Source: a virus
Lineage: Duplodnaviria; Caudoviricetes
Strand: one strand, 5' to 3'
IMG/VR virus record: IMGVR_UViG_3300018910_000023
Location: 1-54,610 of that record
DNA length: 54,610 nt
Made by a program: the position numbers and the translations under genes. Position 1 is the first letter of the stretch, and every line of letters begins with the position of its first letter. Positions 21,533 to 31,939 of the stretch are shown in pieces. Under the pieces are notes generated by a model. The model did not search any database. It was not told the origin of the DNA and saw only the letters and a list, made by a program, of their open reading frames with translations.

Positions 21533-22933
21533 TTACTTCACCTCCACATTGAAGTAGAATTTTTCAGCTGCATCAACCGGCTGAACGGCCAGGTCAATCA
21601 AGAATCCGTCACGGTCCTCATTTAGCTTGATAGTCAGATCGTTCTCTGAATCAAATCCTATAATCCCGTCTCCATCCTGAAGTGTCGTCAGGTATTGAAT
21701 GATGAGCGTTTTGACATACTGCAGACCGTCATCAGAAGCTGGGATGTCACTGCCGGTTCCTTTTCTGGATTTAATGAGCGCCTTCAGTTCCCGCGTGAGA
21801 TCGTTATTGATGGCATCCAAAACCCGGATGATTTTGTTTTTTGAGAATTTCTTGTTTTTCTCGGCGGTAAAGGTTGTGAGAGAATTAATATCCTTTTCAA
21901 CGCTGACAGATTTATCGCGAGCGTCAAATGTGAATAAGAACTCCCCGTTGTTCAACTTCTCAATGACTGTGTCATCATCCAGGCGGTTCAGGACATCCAC
22001 CGCACCTTCGTATTCAACAAAGGTCAAGGATTGATTGAAAGAAGCTCCTGCACTGGCCCCGGCAACCCATGCTGTGGCCTGATGCGGCGCAATTTCTGTT
22101 CCGTCTTCCAACAGCACGCCTTCTGTCACATTGATAATGCCTTCATAATCCCCTTTATAGCCGGAAAGAACACCTTGAACCTTGCGTCCCTGCTTATCGC
22201 GTAAACGTTGAATAAAGGATACGAATGTGGCTTTCAGCTGCTCACTATTTTTCACCGGTAATGCGATGGTATCGAAGTATTCTGTTTCGGCTGCCTCCAA
22301 GAAGTCCATATAGTCTTCATTCGATACACTTTTGTCTGTACCGCCAGACAACCGGACTCCGGCAGAAGGGTTTAATTTTCCTTCTTCCTTGTCACCTTCA
22401 GCCCCTGAAAGCGGAATTGTAATGGTCAGTTCCCCTTTTCCAGTGAAGGTGACATATTGGTTTGACTCGAGTTCCTCTGCCTTAGAAACCGTTTGTTTAT
22501 CGACTTCAGACTGATTAAAGAATGTAGTGACATCATATTTTGAAGAATCCAGGACATTCTCGCTGACTTGAATAATAATGTCATTGCCCTTTGTGCCGCC
22601 ATAATTGGCCGTAGCTTTTACACCTTCACCAATATCACCCGTGGCCCTGTTTCCTTCATTCAAGCGATACAGGAGAACCGTCTGTGCTTTTTTCTTAGCC
22701 TCTCTGAAAAGTAGGAGGGTTGCATCATCAATTGGCAAACCGACTTTCTTATTCAGGTCCTCAATGCTTGAAATTGAAATGAACTTTTTCGCTTCTCCCC
22801 AGCTTGTTTTAACAGGTACAGCCGCAATCCCACGCTCACCAAGAGAAACACGTTCCTGGGCTGTCGTTTTAAAATTAAAATAAATGCCGGCACGTTCCTT
22901 CTCCTTGCCGGGCGTAAATGTTCCGCCATTCAT
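21533..22933 (-). CDS. xkdK: Tail sheath protein XkdK
   Basis: MNGGTF..RAGIYFNF; LSGGTD; KNKIIRVLD; EKFY. Confidence 0.94.
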   Translation of the reverse strand: MNGGTFTPGKEKERAGIYFNFKTTAQERVSLGERGIAAVPVKTSWGEAKKFISISSIEDLNKKVGLPIDDATLLLFREAKKKAQTVLLYRLNEGNRATGDIGEGVKATANYGGTKGNDIIIQVSENVLDSSKYDVTTFFNQSEVDKQTVSKAEELESNQYVTFTGKGELTITIPLSGAEGDKEEGKLNPSAGVRLSGGTDKSVSNEDYMDFLEAAETEYFDTIALPVKNSEQLKATFVSFIQRLRDKQGRKVQGVLSGYKGDYEGIINVTEGVLLEDGTEIAPHQATAWVAGASAGASFNQSLTFVEYEGAVDVLNRLDDDTVIEKLNNGEFLFTFDARDKSVSVEKDINSLTTFTAEKNKKFSKNKIIRVLDAINNDLTRELKALIKSRKGTGSDIPASDDGLQYVKTLIIQYLTTLQDGDGIIGFDSENDLTIKLNEDRDGFLIDLAVQPVDAAEKFYFNVEVK

Positions 22934-23161
22934 TTAGTTAGCCTCCTTCTGAAGAAATTCGCGAATGCGTTTCTTCGCTTCTGTTTTTGTTACTTGCTTC
23001 TGACTTAAACCAAAAAGAGCACCATCCAGAACTTCAGGTTTAACCCCGAACAGCTCTTTACTGTGCTCCCGTAAGTCTTGAATATGAAAAAGAGATTCAG
23101 GGCGGCGCGTGGCATTCTCTTGCCCCTGAACCTCTTCTTTTTTTGCTTTCTTTGTATCCAC
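22934..23161 (-). CDS. Small tail-region protein (YqzN/YkzM-like)
   Basis: ELFGVKPEVLDGALF motif just before the sheath gene. Confidence 0.75.
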   Translation of the reverse strand: MDTKKAKKEEVQGQENATRRPESLFHIQDLREHSKELFGVKPEVLDGALFGLSQKQVTKTEAKKRIREFLQKEAN

Positions 23162-23602
23162 TTATTTCACCCCGCTTGTAAAATCGAAATCTTGAAGAGA
23201 CGGCTTTTCATCTCTTTTGTACCAATACCGGCTGTTCCATTGAACAACCAGCACAGCGACCCCTTTATCAGATATTCGTGATTCTATCCGATTGATACGC
23301 AAAGATTCCCCTGTCTCCGTTCCTTCAGTATCAACAAGAGGAATCGTGCTGCGCCTTTCCCGTACAGCCTCCGCGATCTTCTCAGCTTCATCGTGGGCCT
23401 GTTGTGAATCCTTATGAAATAGCTTCACATTGAGGCTGTACGTTTTCATATACGTTGATACGGTGTCATTCCCATCCGCTACGGAAGGCGGTGGGAAATA
23501 GAGAGACGGGGTTTTAATTTGAATAGGAATCTCCCGGTCATATATTTGCACGGGAAACACCCGATAAAAGAAGCTCATAATGGACCCGACTTCATCGTTC
23601 AA
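23162..23602 (-). CDS. xkdJ: Tail terminator-like protein XkdJ
   Basis: PSLYFPPP motif; synteny. Confidence 0.8.
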   Translation of the reverse strand: MNDEVGSIMSFFYRVFPVQIYDREIPIQIKTPSLYFPPPSVADGNDTVSTYMKTYSLNVKLFHKDSQQAHDEAEKIAEAVRERRSTIPLVDTEGTETGESLRINRIESRISDKGVAVLVVQWNSRYWYKRDEKPSLQDFDFTSGVK

Positions 23603-23615
23603 GCCATCACCACCT

Positions 23616-24113
23616 TTAGAATTCATTCAGCCATTCTTGAAGCTTGCGGTCTAAGCTTTTTTCAAACATTCGCTCAAAGATCGCCAGTGCATTGTCCCAG
23701 AATCCGGATCCGTCAATCCATTGAAACTTCAGCAGCATTCCGGTTTCCGCAGCGGGATCATATTCAAAGCGGTCACCTTTCCATCGCCCAGGAACCCACC
23801 GGCGGTCGAGATTCTTTGATGGATCAATTGTAAAGTGCCCGTCGTTTACAAAAGAAGCGTATTCCAAATTGGTCCCTACATCCAATGTCAGATTGCCAGC
23901 GGTCGTAGAGAAAATATTGTCTGCGTCACCCTTCTCAAAGGAGTTTAACAGGCGGCGCGTTTCGACGGTTTCAGTTTTCATAATTTCATCTTGAACAATA
24001 TCCAAAAACTCATACCCCATCGCCTCAAGCCAAAGCTCATATTGGCTTTGAAGCCCTCCGTCAATTGCTTCATCGAGAGCCTGAATAAATTCATCCAAGC
24101 CGTCAATTCTCAT
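23616..24113 (-). CDS. xkdI: HK97 gp10-like protein XkdI
   Basis: T.RLLNSF..VGTNLEYASFVNDGH. Confidence 0.88.
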   Translation of the reverse strand: MRIDGLDEFIQALDEAIDGGLQSQYELWLEAMGYEFLDIVQDEIMKTETVETRRLLNSFEKGDADNIFSTTAGNLTLDVGTNLEYASFVNDGHFTIDPSKNLDRRWVPGRWKGDRFEYDPAAETGMLLKFQWIDGSGFWDNALAIFERMFEKSLDRKLQEWLNEF

Positions 24114-24466
24114 AGATCGTCACTCCTGACTGCCATCACTTCGATGTGATGATTTTTAATTTTTCTTGGCTTCTGCAGCTTATAAGAAGTTCCTTCCCAA
24201 ATCACTTTGTCATTGAGTCGAATATCCGCTGAAGCTGGGAAATGAACCAGAAAAGAGTGAACGATCAATGTATTCGGTTCCTGATGCACAACGGATTGAT
24301 TTTTCTCCGTAAAGTAACAAGCTTGATCTAAAATATCCGGTTCATCGGGATACGAGAATTCTGGCTGGCCATCCTGAACCGGAACACCATACCGGGATTC
24401 CGCTGGCTGTTCCTCTTTTAGATGGTAGATGTCACAGCGGTGTGTTAAGAGCCGGCTGTAGCTCAT
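24110..24466 (-). CDS. xkdH: Head closure protein XkdH/YqbH
   Basis: [13 protein letters not shown]; synteny. Confidence 0.85.
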   Translation of the reverse strand: MSYSRLLTHRCDIYHLKEEQPAESRYGVPVQDGQPEFSYPDEPDILDQACYFTEKNQSVVHQEPNTLIVHSFLVHFPASADIRLNDKVIWEGTSYKLQKPRKIKNHHIEVMAVRSDDL

Positions 24467-24858
24467 AATGCCCTCACCCTAAGGAGAACAGATCCTTTAC
24501 CATCAGGTGGGACATTTGGATCCTCAACAAAATCTTTTAATAGATTTGCGATATCTGGCTTTTGAATGGTCTGACCATCTCCAAGCGTATAGGAATAGTC
24601 TCCGATTTTTTCAGATTTATAGCCCTTGACGATAGATTCATCAGAATTAATCAAAGCGAAATATTGCGCCAGCTTTAATAAGGCCAGCTTGACCTTTTCT
24701 GGCAGCGGCTGATATTTTTCACCAGAGAAATCATGACCGACGATGCTTTGAATTTCGGTTTCTGCCTCCAAAATGTCATGCTGAAGCAGGTCATCAGGCC
24801 GAGCCTTGACCGTATCGAAAACAGAATAGGCAATCACTTCGTCAGGAGTGATCAGCAT
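24463..24858 (-). CDS. yqbG: Head-tail adaptor YqbG/DUF3199
   Basis: SEKIGDYSY motif. Confidence 0.82.
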   Translation of the reverse strand: MLITPDEVIAYSVFDTVKARPDDLLQHDILEAETEIQSIVGHDFSGEKYQPLPEKVKLALLKLAQYFALINSDESIVKGYKSEKIGDYSYTLGDGQTIQKPDIANLLKDFVEDPNVPPDGKGSVLLRVRAL

Positions 24859-24864
24859 GACGCG

Positions 24865-25278
24865 TCACTCCCCTTGTTTCTGCAGGATGAAGGCAACCCT
24901 TTCATCTGCGTTCTTGAATGCTGCTGGATCGCCACCAAGATCAGAGATAATGGCCTCTTGTCCTGCCTTCGTCATGCCGCGCAATTCTGATTCTGTGTAT
25001 GTTTTTGAAGCAGGTGACGCCGCTGATGTTTTAGCGGCCGTTTCCTCTTCCTTCGATTCGCCGCTGTCTTCTGTGCCACCATCCTTGGACTTGCCATCAG
25101 TCTCGGGGTCTTCTTTCTCTTCTTTTTCTTTGATCAATTTGCAATCAAATTGTTCATTGTCTTTAAGATAAAGATACACCGATTTCTTGACGTCTCGCTC
25201 TGCTCCCAGGGTAAAAACATGGTCCATAACATCGTAAGTTTTCCCTTTGATCAGCTGCGCTTTATAGGTATCTGCCAT
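24865..25278 (-). CDS. yqbF: YqbF-like protein
   Basis: LIKGKTY..YLKDN.QF domain with C-terminal helical extension. Confidence 0.75.
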   Translation of the reverse strand: MADTYKAQLIKGKTYDVMDHVFTLGAERDVKKSVYLYLKDNEQFDCKLIKEKEEKEDPETDGKSKDGGTEDSGESKEEETAAKTSAASPASKTYTESELRGMTKAGQEAIISDLGGDPAAFKNADERVAFILQKQGE

Positions 25279-25288
25279 GCGTCTTCAC

Positions 25289-26224
25289 CTACTCTTTGAC
25301 CTTGATGATTTTGGCTACCGCGTCCTCTTCCTCAAACACACTGTCCAGTTTTGCAGTCAAAACAATAATGAATTTTCGACGTCGGATATCTTTATCGACT
25401 TCAATTCGGATATTACGGGAGAAGCCGAGCACGATGTTTTTTGGATGAGTCAAAATGACGTCTGATACGTCGATCGCTTTTTCTCCTTCGCCAGTGGAAT
25501 ATGGCTGCATGTTTGCAATTCCCTTGATCGGCACACCAAAAGCAGACGAAAGCCCGCCTTGAACAGCAGCATCCCCTAAGTTGGTTTGACGATCAGCCAC
25601 TTTATCCTTCCATTCCACTTCAATGCCTGGTGAAGTATAGAAACGGAATTCTTGCGGCACGCGCAAATATTTAGGCGGTACAGCCTTATAACCCCGTTTG
25701 AAAATTTGCCGTGTCAATTCCTCGCCTGCAGCATCTACAATGTGAGATTGGGCCTGCTTACGGATTCCATCAATTTGTGCAAGGAATGAATCATCTGATT
25801 TTGAATCACCGTTAATGATCAATTCCTCGATATCCACTGCTGCACGCTCGGCCAGCATTTGCATAATCGTTTTTTGCAGCCCATCTTTTTCGATGTTGTT
25901 TTCAAGTGTGTCATACGTAATGTGGGCTTCCGCGATAACTTCTTTTGTGTTAAGGCTGATTGTGCTTGTAGTTGGAACAGCCCTTTCATCAGAAGAAAGC
26001 GACTTTCCTTCCTCCGCTGCCCTGAGAATACGCTGGCCAAAACCGATCTTCTCAAATTTCTGTGTATCATGGTCCATCGGAATGACGCGGGCATCATTTA
26101 ATATTGTTGGCGTATCTTGAACCATACGAATAAATGTATTTGCCTGAGTAGGATTCATCATCCCGCCGCTTTTCAGTGATGCGAGCGTCATTTCTGCCTT
26201 GTTGATAATCTCCTGGTTTCTCAT
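25289..26224 (-). CDS. xkdG: Major capsid protein
   Basis: GGMMNP.Q..F; LENNIE; [10 protein letters not shown]; LTHPKN. Confidence 0.92.
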   Translation of the reverse strand: MRNQEIINKAEMTLASLKSGGMMNPTQANTFIRMVQDTPTILNDARVIPMDHDTQKFEKIGFGQRILRAAEEGKSLSSDERAVPTTSTISLNTKEVIAEAHITYDTLENNIEKDGLQKTIMQMLAERAAVDIEELIINGDSKSDDSFLAQIDGIRKQAQSHIVDAAGEELTRQIFKRGYKAVPPKYLRVPQEFRFYTSPGIEVEWKDKVADRQTNLGDAAVQGGLSSAFGVPIKGIANMQPYSTGEGEKAIDVSDVILTHPKNIVLGFSRNIRIEVDKDIRRRKFIIVLTAKLDSVFEEEDAVAKIIKVKE

Positions 26225-26236
26225 CGTATTCCTCCT

Positions 26237-27214
26237 TTAAAGTAAGCCGTCCCAAACGGACTTTTTGATTTCTTCGTGGTCTGACTCCTGATCAGATCCA
26301 GCTTGTTTTGAAATTCCGCGGCTCTTTTCAACAGCTTCTAAGCGTTCTTGAATAGGTGAGAGCTTTTGTTCAAGCAGCTCATCCATTTGTTTAACAAGGG
26401 ACTGTTCTTGCTCTTCCTCCTGCCCGTCCCCCTCTGCAGATTCCGCTTCCTTTTCTATTTCATCAAGTCGCTTGGTGATCGGGTTTAATTTGTCATCAAG
26501 CAATTTCTCAATATCTTCTTTTTTCAACTCGTCTTCCTCCTCATCGTCCTCTGCCTGACTCAGTAATTTTCCGAGAGCGGCATGAGCATTTTTGATTTCC
26601 TTCAGATTGGATGCTGAAAACTTGCGGCCAGCTTTTTCGATAGAGGCTTCTTGTTCTTCGTTTTTGCCTAGAAAGAAGTTTTTCAGCAAATTAAAAAGCC
26701 CTTTCTCTTCATTGCCAGAAAGAGAAAAAGGCTTTTCTTTTTGTTTTTCGATTTTCTCGGCGGTCCCGGCCATTGAATAACCGGTAATATCGCCTTTTTT
26801 GATCTGTTCCCAGACCTCATCCGAAGCTTTTGTGACAAGCACCCAAGATCCCTTTTTTATGGTTTCACCATTGACCTCAAAGTCCCCCGGCGCGACATAG
26901 GATTCCACCACTTCACCGACACCGCCTTGAAAATCATGTTGCTTATCAATCTCCCGGGCATCCTTCAGAAATCCGTGGGCAGCTTTCTCAATTTCTGCAG
27001 CTGTCATGAAGTCCCCGTGCGCGTCGGGCGTATCTGGTTCATATACGATTCCGTATACAAGCTTTTTTTCATCCTCCGCTTTTGTCAGGACTTTGATTTC
27101 CTTCTGAAAATCAGGCTGTTTTTCTGATTTCATAAAAAAGAACCGCTTTTGATTAGCAGCCTTGTCAACGTAAGAAACATGTGTGATTATTGCGTTTACC
27201 AATTCTCTTGGCAT
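26237..27214 (-). CDS. xkdF: XkdF-like prohead protease/scaffold
   Basis: VYGIVYEP..DAHGD..IDKQH..GYSMAG plus acidic coiled coil. Confidence 0.9.
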   Translation of the reverse strand: MPRELVNAIITHVSYVDKAANQKRFFFMKSEKQPDFQKEIKVLTKAEDEKKLVYGIVYEPDTPDAHGDFMTAAEIEKAAHGFLKDAREIDKQHDFQGGVGEVVESYVAPGDFEVNGETIKKGSWVLVTKASDEVWEQIKKGDITGYSMAGTAEKIEKQKEKPFSLSGNEEKGLFNLLKNFFLGKNEEQEASIEKAGRKFSASNLKEIKNAHAALGKLLSQAEDDEEEDELKKEDIEKLLDDKLNPITKRLDEIEKEAESAEGDGQEEEQEQSLVKQMDELLEQKLSPIQERLEAVEKSRGISKQAGSDQESDHEEIKKSVWDGLL

Positions 27215-27244
27215 ATTGTTCACCCCCTTTCATAAAGAAAAATC

Positions 27245-28033
27245 TCATCTCCTTCTTCTAAAATTATGTACAATCTTGGTCCAAAAACTTCTGTTGTCAT
27301 CATGATTCAAATCCGTTTTTTCATAATCTCCTCTTTTTAGCTCAGATACCATTAATTTTTTCAATTCTCTAATATCATTATCTATTACTACGGTGTCAAT
27401 GGCCTCAAGACGACTATCTGACTCTCTCCTATCAAACTCATGAGCAAATTTTTCTAACAGCTTGTCAATTAGGTTAGAGATTGGTTCAGAAAGGAAAAGT
27501 ATATTATGTGAAAAAAAATCAAAAGCTTCCTCTACATCCTTTCTTAAACTTACAGCTAGTTCATTCTTTATTATTCTACTTACCTGTTGTAAGCAATAAT
27601 CTTGATCAAGAGACCATTTCTCATTACATTTCTCGTCAATTTTTGTTGCTACCTCTTCAGAAATATTAACCCCAATTGACTCATAGTAATCAAAGATATC
27701 AGATGGTTTCTTTATTATTTCTTTGCTAAGATAAGATTTTTGCTCATAGGTATTCAAATTTTTATTTATAGAAAAAATACGCTTGAAAATTTCTGGGTAT
27801 AGTTCATGTCTTTTAGTAGAGTACAAACTAAAATCATGCATTTTTCTCTCTATATCAAACCTTCTATTTTCAGCATGTTGACTAAGAGCATCTTTATATT
27901 TTTCTAACCTTTTTTTGAAAGAATTAGAAATTAAGTTTTTTGAGACTGTTTCGATTATAATGGTCACAATCGAGCTAGTTAAGATGGAAACTGTTATAGG
28001 ATTAGCGAAAAAAGACTTTACTGATTCAAACAT
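27245..28033 (-). CDS. Hypothetical protein with N-terminal TM helix
   Basis: AT-rich 262-aa ORF; PITVSILTSSIVTIII followed by coiled coil. Confidence 0.75.
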   Translation of the reverse strand: MFESVKSFFANPITVSILTSSIVTIIIETVSKNLISNSFKKRLEKYKDALSQHAENRRFDIERKMHDFSLYSTKRHELYPEIFKRIFSINKNLNTYEQKSYLSKEIIKKPSDIFDYYESIGVNISEEVATKIDEKCNEKWSLDQDYCLQQVSRIIKNELAVSLRKDVEEAFDFFSHNILFLSEPISNLIDKLLEKFAHEFDRRESDSRLEAIDTVVIDNDIRELKKLMVSELKRGDYEKTDLNHDDNRSFWTKIVHNFRRRR

Positions 28034-28038
28034 CTTAC

Positions 28039-28239
28039 TTAAATATTCTCTATTTTAAATAGTGTTGGGAAATCCAATTTAAAATCTTCAATTGCTTCTT
28101 TTTTCGCTTTTGTAAATTCATCCCCCGTAATAAACCCTTTTTCATTTAAAAGGATAAGGAGAGCATTGGTGTTGATCATGTTATTGACGGCCTCTTCTAA
28201 CAAATCAAATTCTCCATATTTGATACCCACTTTATACAC
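28039..28239 (-). CDS. Small hypothetical protein
   Basis: 66-aa ORF tightly packed between neighbours; LLNEKGFIT.DEF. Confidence 0.6.
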   Translation of the reverse strand: MYKVGIKYGEFDLLEEAVNNMINTNALLILLNEKGFITGDEFTKAKKEAIEDFKLDFPTLFKIENI

Positions 28240-28256
28240 CCTCTTAATTTTGATTA

Positions 28257-29336
28257 CTATTCTAAAGCTTCTCTAGGTGCTCTAGCTCTAATTGTTTCCA
28301 ATAAATTATGAGTTAGTTCTTCATTGATTAACCCATATTGGGTTATGTTGTCGACAATGTTTCTTTCAATTCTTTCATAAAAATGCCTTACTTTTTCCAT
28401 TGAATAATTTTCTTTTTTAATGCCTACTTTAGTTTTTCCATTCCTTATTCCAATTTGGACTGAAACTCTATGTTCATTTTCTCCGTAAGTCATAAGGAGA
28501 TTCATTTTGATCCCAACTAAATCTCTTCCGTGCCAAAAAAGATATTCACATATTGACCGATCATCGATCAGGTCACTACCTCCCTTTACCGTGACTTGTT
28601 GGGGTTCTCTACTGCCTTGTATTGTTTCTAATTCAATTTGATATATGGTTCCAACAGTACCCACCTGAGATAAACCGTGATAAATATAATCTAAAAATTT
28701 AACTGTTCGTGCTGAAAAGCTTCCTCTTAGAGCATCTGTAATTCCAGTTTGGTTTGAATCAAGAGGTCTCACTGCATGATCGAAAACAAGAGTTAATGCA
28801 GTTAATGCTTCATTAAATAAATCTCTATCTCCCGTAAAAATAGTAACAATCCCTAACTCACGCTTTATTAAAATTCGCACACTTTTAGGATACCTAATTA
28901 CTTTAGAGTTCATCTCTTCAAAATCATACTCTGGCTTTTTTACGATTCTTCTAAAATAAACTACAATCTCCTGATCATTATATCTTACCAGCTCTAATTG
29001 TTGTTTAATTTGTGGTTCATATTCAGGAAGCTCTCTATTGAAATCTTTAGAAATATTAAAATCATTGATATTTGTCCTAAGCTCGTCTTCATCAATTAAA
29101 TTAAAATTTATAATTCCAATATGGGCAATATAACGCCTTTTTGGGACACCAAATTTATTAAAAACAATTTCTTCAATGTCTTCTTCAGGAATACGTCTAG
29201 CTAAATCCTCAACTAATTCTATTCTGTTTTCTCTAGGATTAATTCTTTGATCAGGTCTGTAACGTTCAACAAGTCCACTTAGCTCTGGGGCAGATGATTT
29301 TCTTATCGCATGTCTTAAGGTAAACCCATCCGGCAT
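28257..29336 (-). CDS. Hypothetical alpha/beta protein
   Basis: AT-rich long ORF; RBS aggag before ATG 29336. Confidence 0.78.
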   Translation of the reverse strand: MPDGFTLRHAIRKSSAPELSGLVERYRPDQRINPRENRIELVEDLARRIPEEDIEEIVFNKFGVPKRRYIAHIGIINFNLIDEDELRTNINDFNISKDFNRELPEYEPQIKQQLELVRYNDQEIVVYFRRIVKKPEYDFEEMNSKVIRYPKSVRILIKRELGIVTIFTGDRDLFNEALTALTLVFDHAVRPLDSNQTGITDALRGSFSARTVKFLDYIYHGLSQVGTVGTIYQIELETIQGSREPQQVTVKGGSDLIDDRSICEYLFWHGRDLVGIKMNLLMTYGENEHRVSVQIGIRNGKTKVGIKKENYSMEKVRHFYERIERNIVDNITQYGLINEELTHNLLETIRARAPREALE

Positions 29337-29439
29337 AATACACACTCTCCTAGTTAATGGTCAGGATTCATTTCATTTTGTGATTTCGAAACAATATATT
29401 TCGAACCACCTCATATGAAATGAAACTCTTTATGCCTTA

Positions 29440-30405
29440 TTATACAATAATCCCCTTAGAAATTTTATCCTTTCTTTTGAAATCCATTTTATTTAGGTCA
29501 ATAAGCACTTGATTTCTAATACTTTCTTTATAAAAAATATTTAGGTTTAATATACTATCATCAACAACCGGGCTTAATACACAATGACAATTCACCCGCT
29601 CTTTTGCTGATAGTTTTGAGTCTCTTGGATGCATACAGGTTTCCCCACTACCTGGAATCGTAAATTCTTCATTGACACCAATGACTGTTCCATCGAGAGC
29701 CATGTGATTTTCACGAGGATTGTTTTTCTTTCCTCCGCTGTGCCTCCACTTTTTCGCGATGACAGCCGGCGATTGAGTATAGGCCTCCTGCTGTGCAGCA
29801 GAGGAAGCGGCAAGCACTTCAGTTATGGCCGTAGTTCGAGCCCGAGATCGATCAAACTGCGGCAGGTCACGGAGAGCCAATTCAATGTCCTGAATGGAAG
29901 AACCGTTCTCAATGGCTTCTGTCAGTATGTTTTCTACCGCCTCATGGGTATTCAATTTCATGATCTCGGCCAGTTCCTCAGACCAGCTTTTGATCCATTT
30001 AGTCGAGCGACTGGAAATAGCTTTAAACGGGACTTCCGGATCCAATGAATCCATAATGACAGAAGCCAGCTCCTCAATGGTCTGCTGTAGGAAACCTTCT
30101 GTCAGCTCCCGAAATTGCTCCTCGAAGTCGTCCCCCGCAAATAGATTCTGCGTAAAATACACCAGAATGGCTTCTAACGTTTCTTTTGAGTCTTTGCTTA
30201 CAAAATCATTCAGACCATTTAAAAACTTCTTACGCTGGCGTCTGAGGAATCTGGCGACCTTTTTTTCATATTCCTGGACATAACCGGGTATTTTAGAAAG
30301 GCCGGGGAAATCAGGTATAACCTCCACGAGTGATTTTTCATCATCCTCCTCGGCCTTTCGAATAAAGACGTTCAGACTGTTTAAAAGCTGATCGGTCTTA
30401 TTCAT
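29440..30405 (-). CDS. yqbB: Minor head protein (SPP1 gp7/MuF family, YqbB-like)
   Basis: RARTTA.TE; KKW; R..H..LDG; NCHC. Confidence 0.88.
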   Translation of the reverse strand: MNKTDQLLNSLNVFIRKAEEDDEKSLVEVIPDFPGLSKIPGYVQEYEKKVARFLRRQRKKFLNGLNDFVSKDSKETLEAILVYFTQNLFAGDDFEEQFRELTEGFLQQTIEELASVIMDSLDPEVPFKAISSRSTKWIKSWSEELAEIMKLNTHEAVENILTEAIENGSSIQDIELALRDLPQFDRSRARTTAITEVLAASSAAQQEAYTQSPAVIAKKWRHSGGKKNNPRENHMALDGTVIGVNEEFTIPGSGETCMHPRDSKLSAKERVNCHCVLSPVVDDSILNLNIFYKESIRNQVLIDLNKMDFKRKDKISKGIIV

Positions 30406-31936
30406 TTTGCTTCAGCTCCTCGAGAACATCCCTCATATCCTTCAGCAGCATAATCAAATCCTCTGACCGATTGTCTTTCGATTTTTGAAAAAGAGCCTGC
30501 AGCGGATCAGAAGAATTGTTTTGAGCTTTCCCAAGCGGCCGGCTGTATTCATCCTCCGGCCATTCTTCAAGTGTTTTCCCAAGCACACGGCCAGCCAGAT
30601 CCCGGAGATCGTTGGGTGATACAGCGCCGGCATTAATAAAAGGCCCCAATACTTTGGCAATCTCCATCGGATCACGGAAGTCTGGACCTTTTAAAGTAAG
30701 CTGAGCATGATAAATATTCAAATCAGACAGAAACAAATTATTCAGTTTGCCGGTTATGATCTTCCTTTCTGGCTGAAAGACTTGTTCTTCTGTGATTTTT
30801 CGAGCGGTGTCCGCGGTCGCCTTGTTATACTCGTGTGCTTCCCCTGTATAAAGCGGTGGCAGACGGAAGGCAGAACGCAGCTTACTTCTGCTTTTCTCGT
30901 CATATTCAAGGAATAGGGCGTCTTGCTGCAGAATTTCACCCAGGGACTTAATATCAACTTTGACCGAGGAAACATCCTCTTCCCCCGTAATGCCCTTTTC
31001 AGTTGGTATTCCCTCTACTTCAAGCAGGAGGAATTTATGAGCGTTTTCTGTTCCTTCAAGGTCATTCATGTACTCCTGAAGCTGTTGATAAGAGGATTCA
31101 GAAAGCATCCCGTTTTCCACCGTTATGGCTGCCGGGATATGGCGCCCTTGCTTAAAGTACATGTAGTTCAGTTCCTCCGCTTTTCTGGCCCCGTATAGAT
31201 TTACGATATGCCCAATCCAACGGGGAACGCCATAAGCACCGCTGCCGAGCTTGAAGTGAATGACTTCGTTAGCTTGAAGCTCCTCTGGAGTGTTGGCTTC
31301 ATATTTGCCAGTCCGCAAATTCATAATTCGCGGATCCCCGTATTCCTTGAAGAAGACCTGTTTTCCATCAACCATCTGAACGTACTTCCGGAATCTTTTC
31401 TTCCGCTTCATCGTTTTGATTTCATTGTGCTCCCGAAATGTGAATTCTACTTCGATAGGCTCCGTATAGTGGCACACCCTCATGTTTTTAACGTCCAGAT
31501 ATTCAACTCCCGCTGGTTTCCCGGCCCCGTTGCGGAGGACTTCTAGAAATCCGTTTCCGGTTTTCTCCCGGTCTTCTATAGCATACCCGACAACAATTTC
31601 GGCCGATTCGTCAAAATGAAGGTAGCGGATAAATTCCTCAAGCCGTGTCCAGTCATTTTCCGCAGCCTGCTTTTTTTCAGACTGTATATCATCCCCATTG
31701 ATATCAAAGGTGTATTCCACATCAAAGCCAAAGCCGAGAATATTTGTCTTATAGGCATGAATGCATTGCTGCAGAATCGTCGAATATTCTGCGATGCTTT
31801 TCAGTTCCTTCAAATTGTAAGGCGGCGCAATGATGTCATTTTCTTGATAGGTGAACTGATCTTCATAAATCTGTTTAGTCGTTTCGCTCGATGTATTCGC
31901 TTTGAACACGGTGGCTTTCACAGATTGTTGAGCCAT
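30398..31936 (-). CDS. xkdE: Portal protein
   Basis: EVIHFK..YGVP..YFKQG.H..FRLPP; follows terminase. Confidence 0.92.
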   Translation of the reverse strand: MAQQSVKATVFKANTSSETTKQIYEDQFTYQENDIIAPPYNLKELKSIAEYSTILQQCIHAYKTNILGFGFDVEYTFDINGDDIQSEKKQAAENDWTRLEEFIRYLHFDESAEIVVGYAIEDREKTGNGFLEVLRNGAGKPAGVEYLDVKNMRVCHYTEPIEVEFTFREHNEIKTMKRKKRFRKYVQMVDGKQVFFKEYGDPRIMNLRTGKYEANTPEELQANEVIHFKLGSGAYGVPRWIGHIVNLYGARKAEELNYMYFKQGRHIPAAITVENGMLSESSYQQLQEYMNDLEGTENAHKFLLLEVEGIPTEKGITGEEDVSSVKVDIKSLGEILQQDALFLEYDEKSRSKLRSAFRLPPLYTGEAHEYNKATADTARKITEEQVFQPERKIITGKLNNLFLSDLNIYHAQLTLKGPDFRDPMEIAKVLGPFINAGAVSPNDLRDLAGRVLGKTLEEWPEDEYSRPLGKAQNNSSDPLQALFQKSKDNRSEDLIMLLKDMRDVLEELKQNE

Positions 31937-31939
31937 GCT

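Noticed and set aside
29440-30405. MuF-fused polymorphic toxin
   Set aside because: Only ~40 aa follow the MuF domain, too short for a toxin domain
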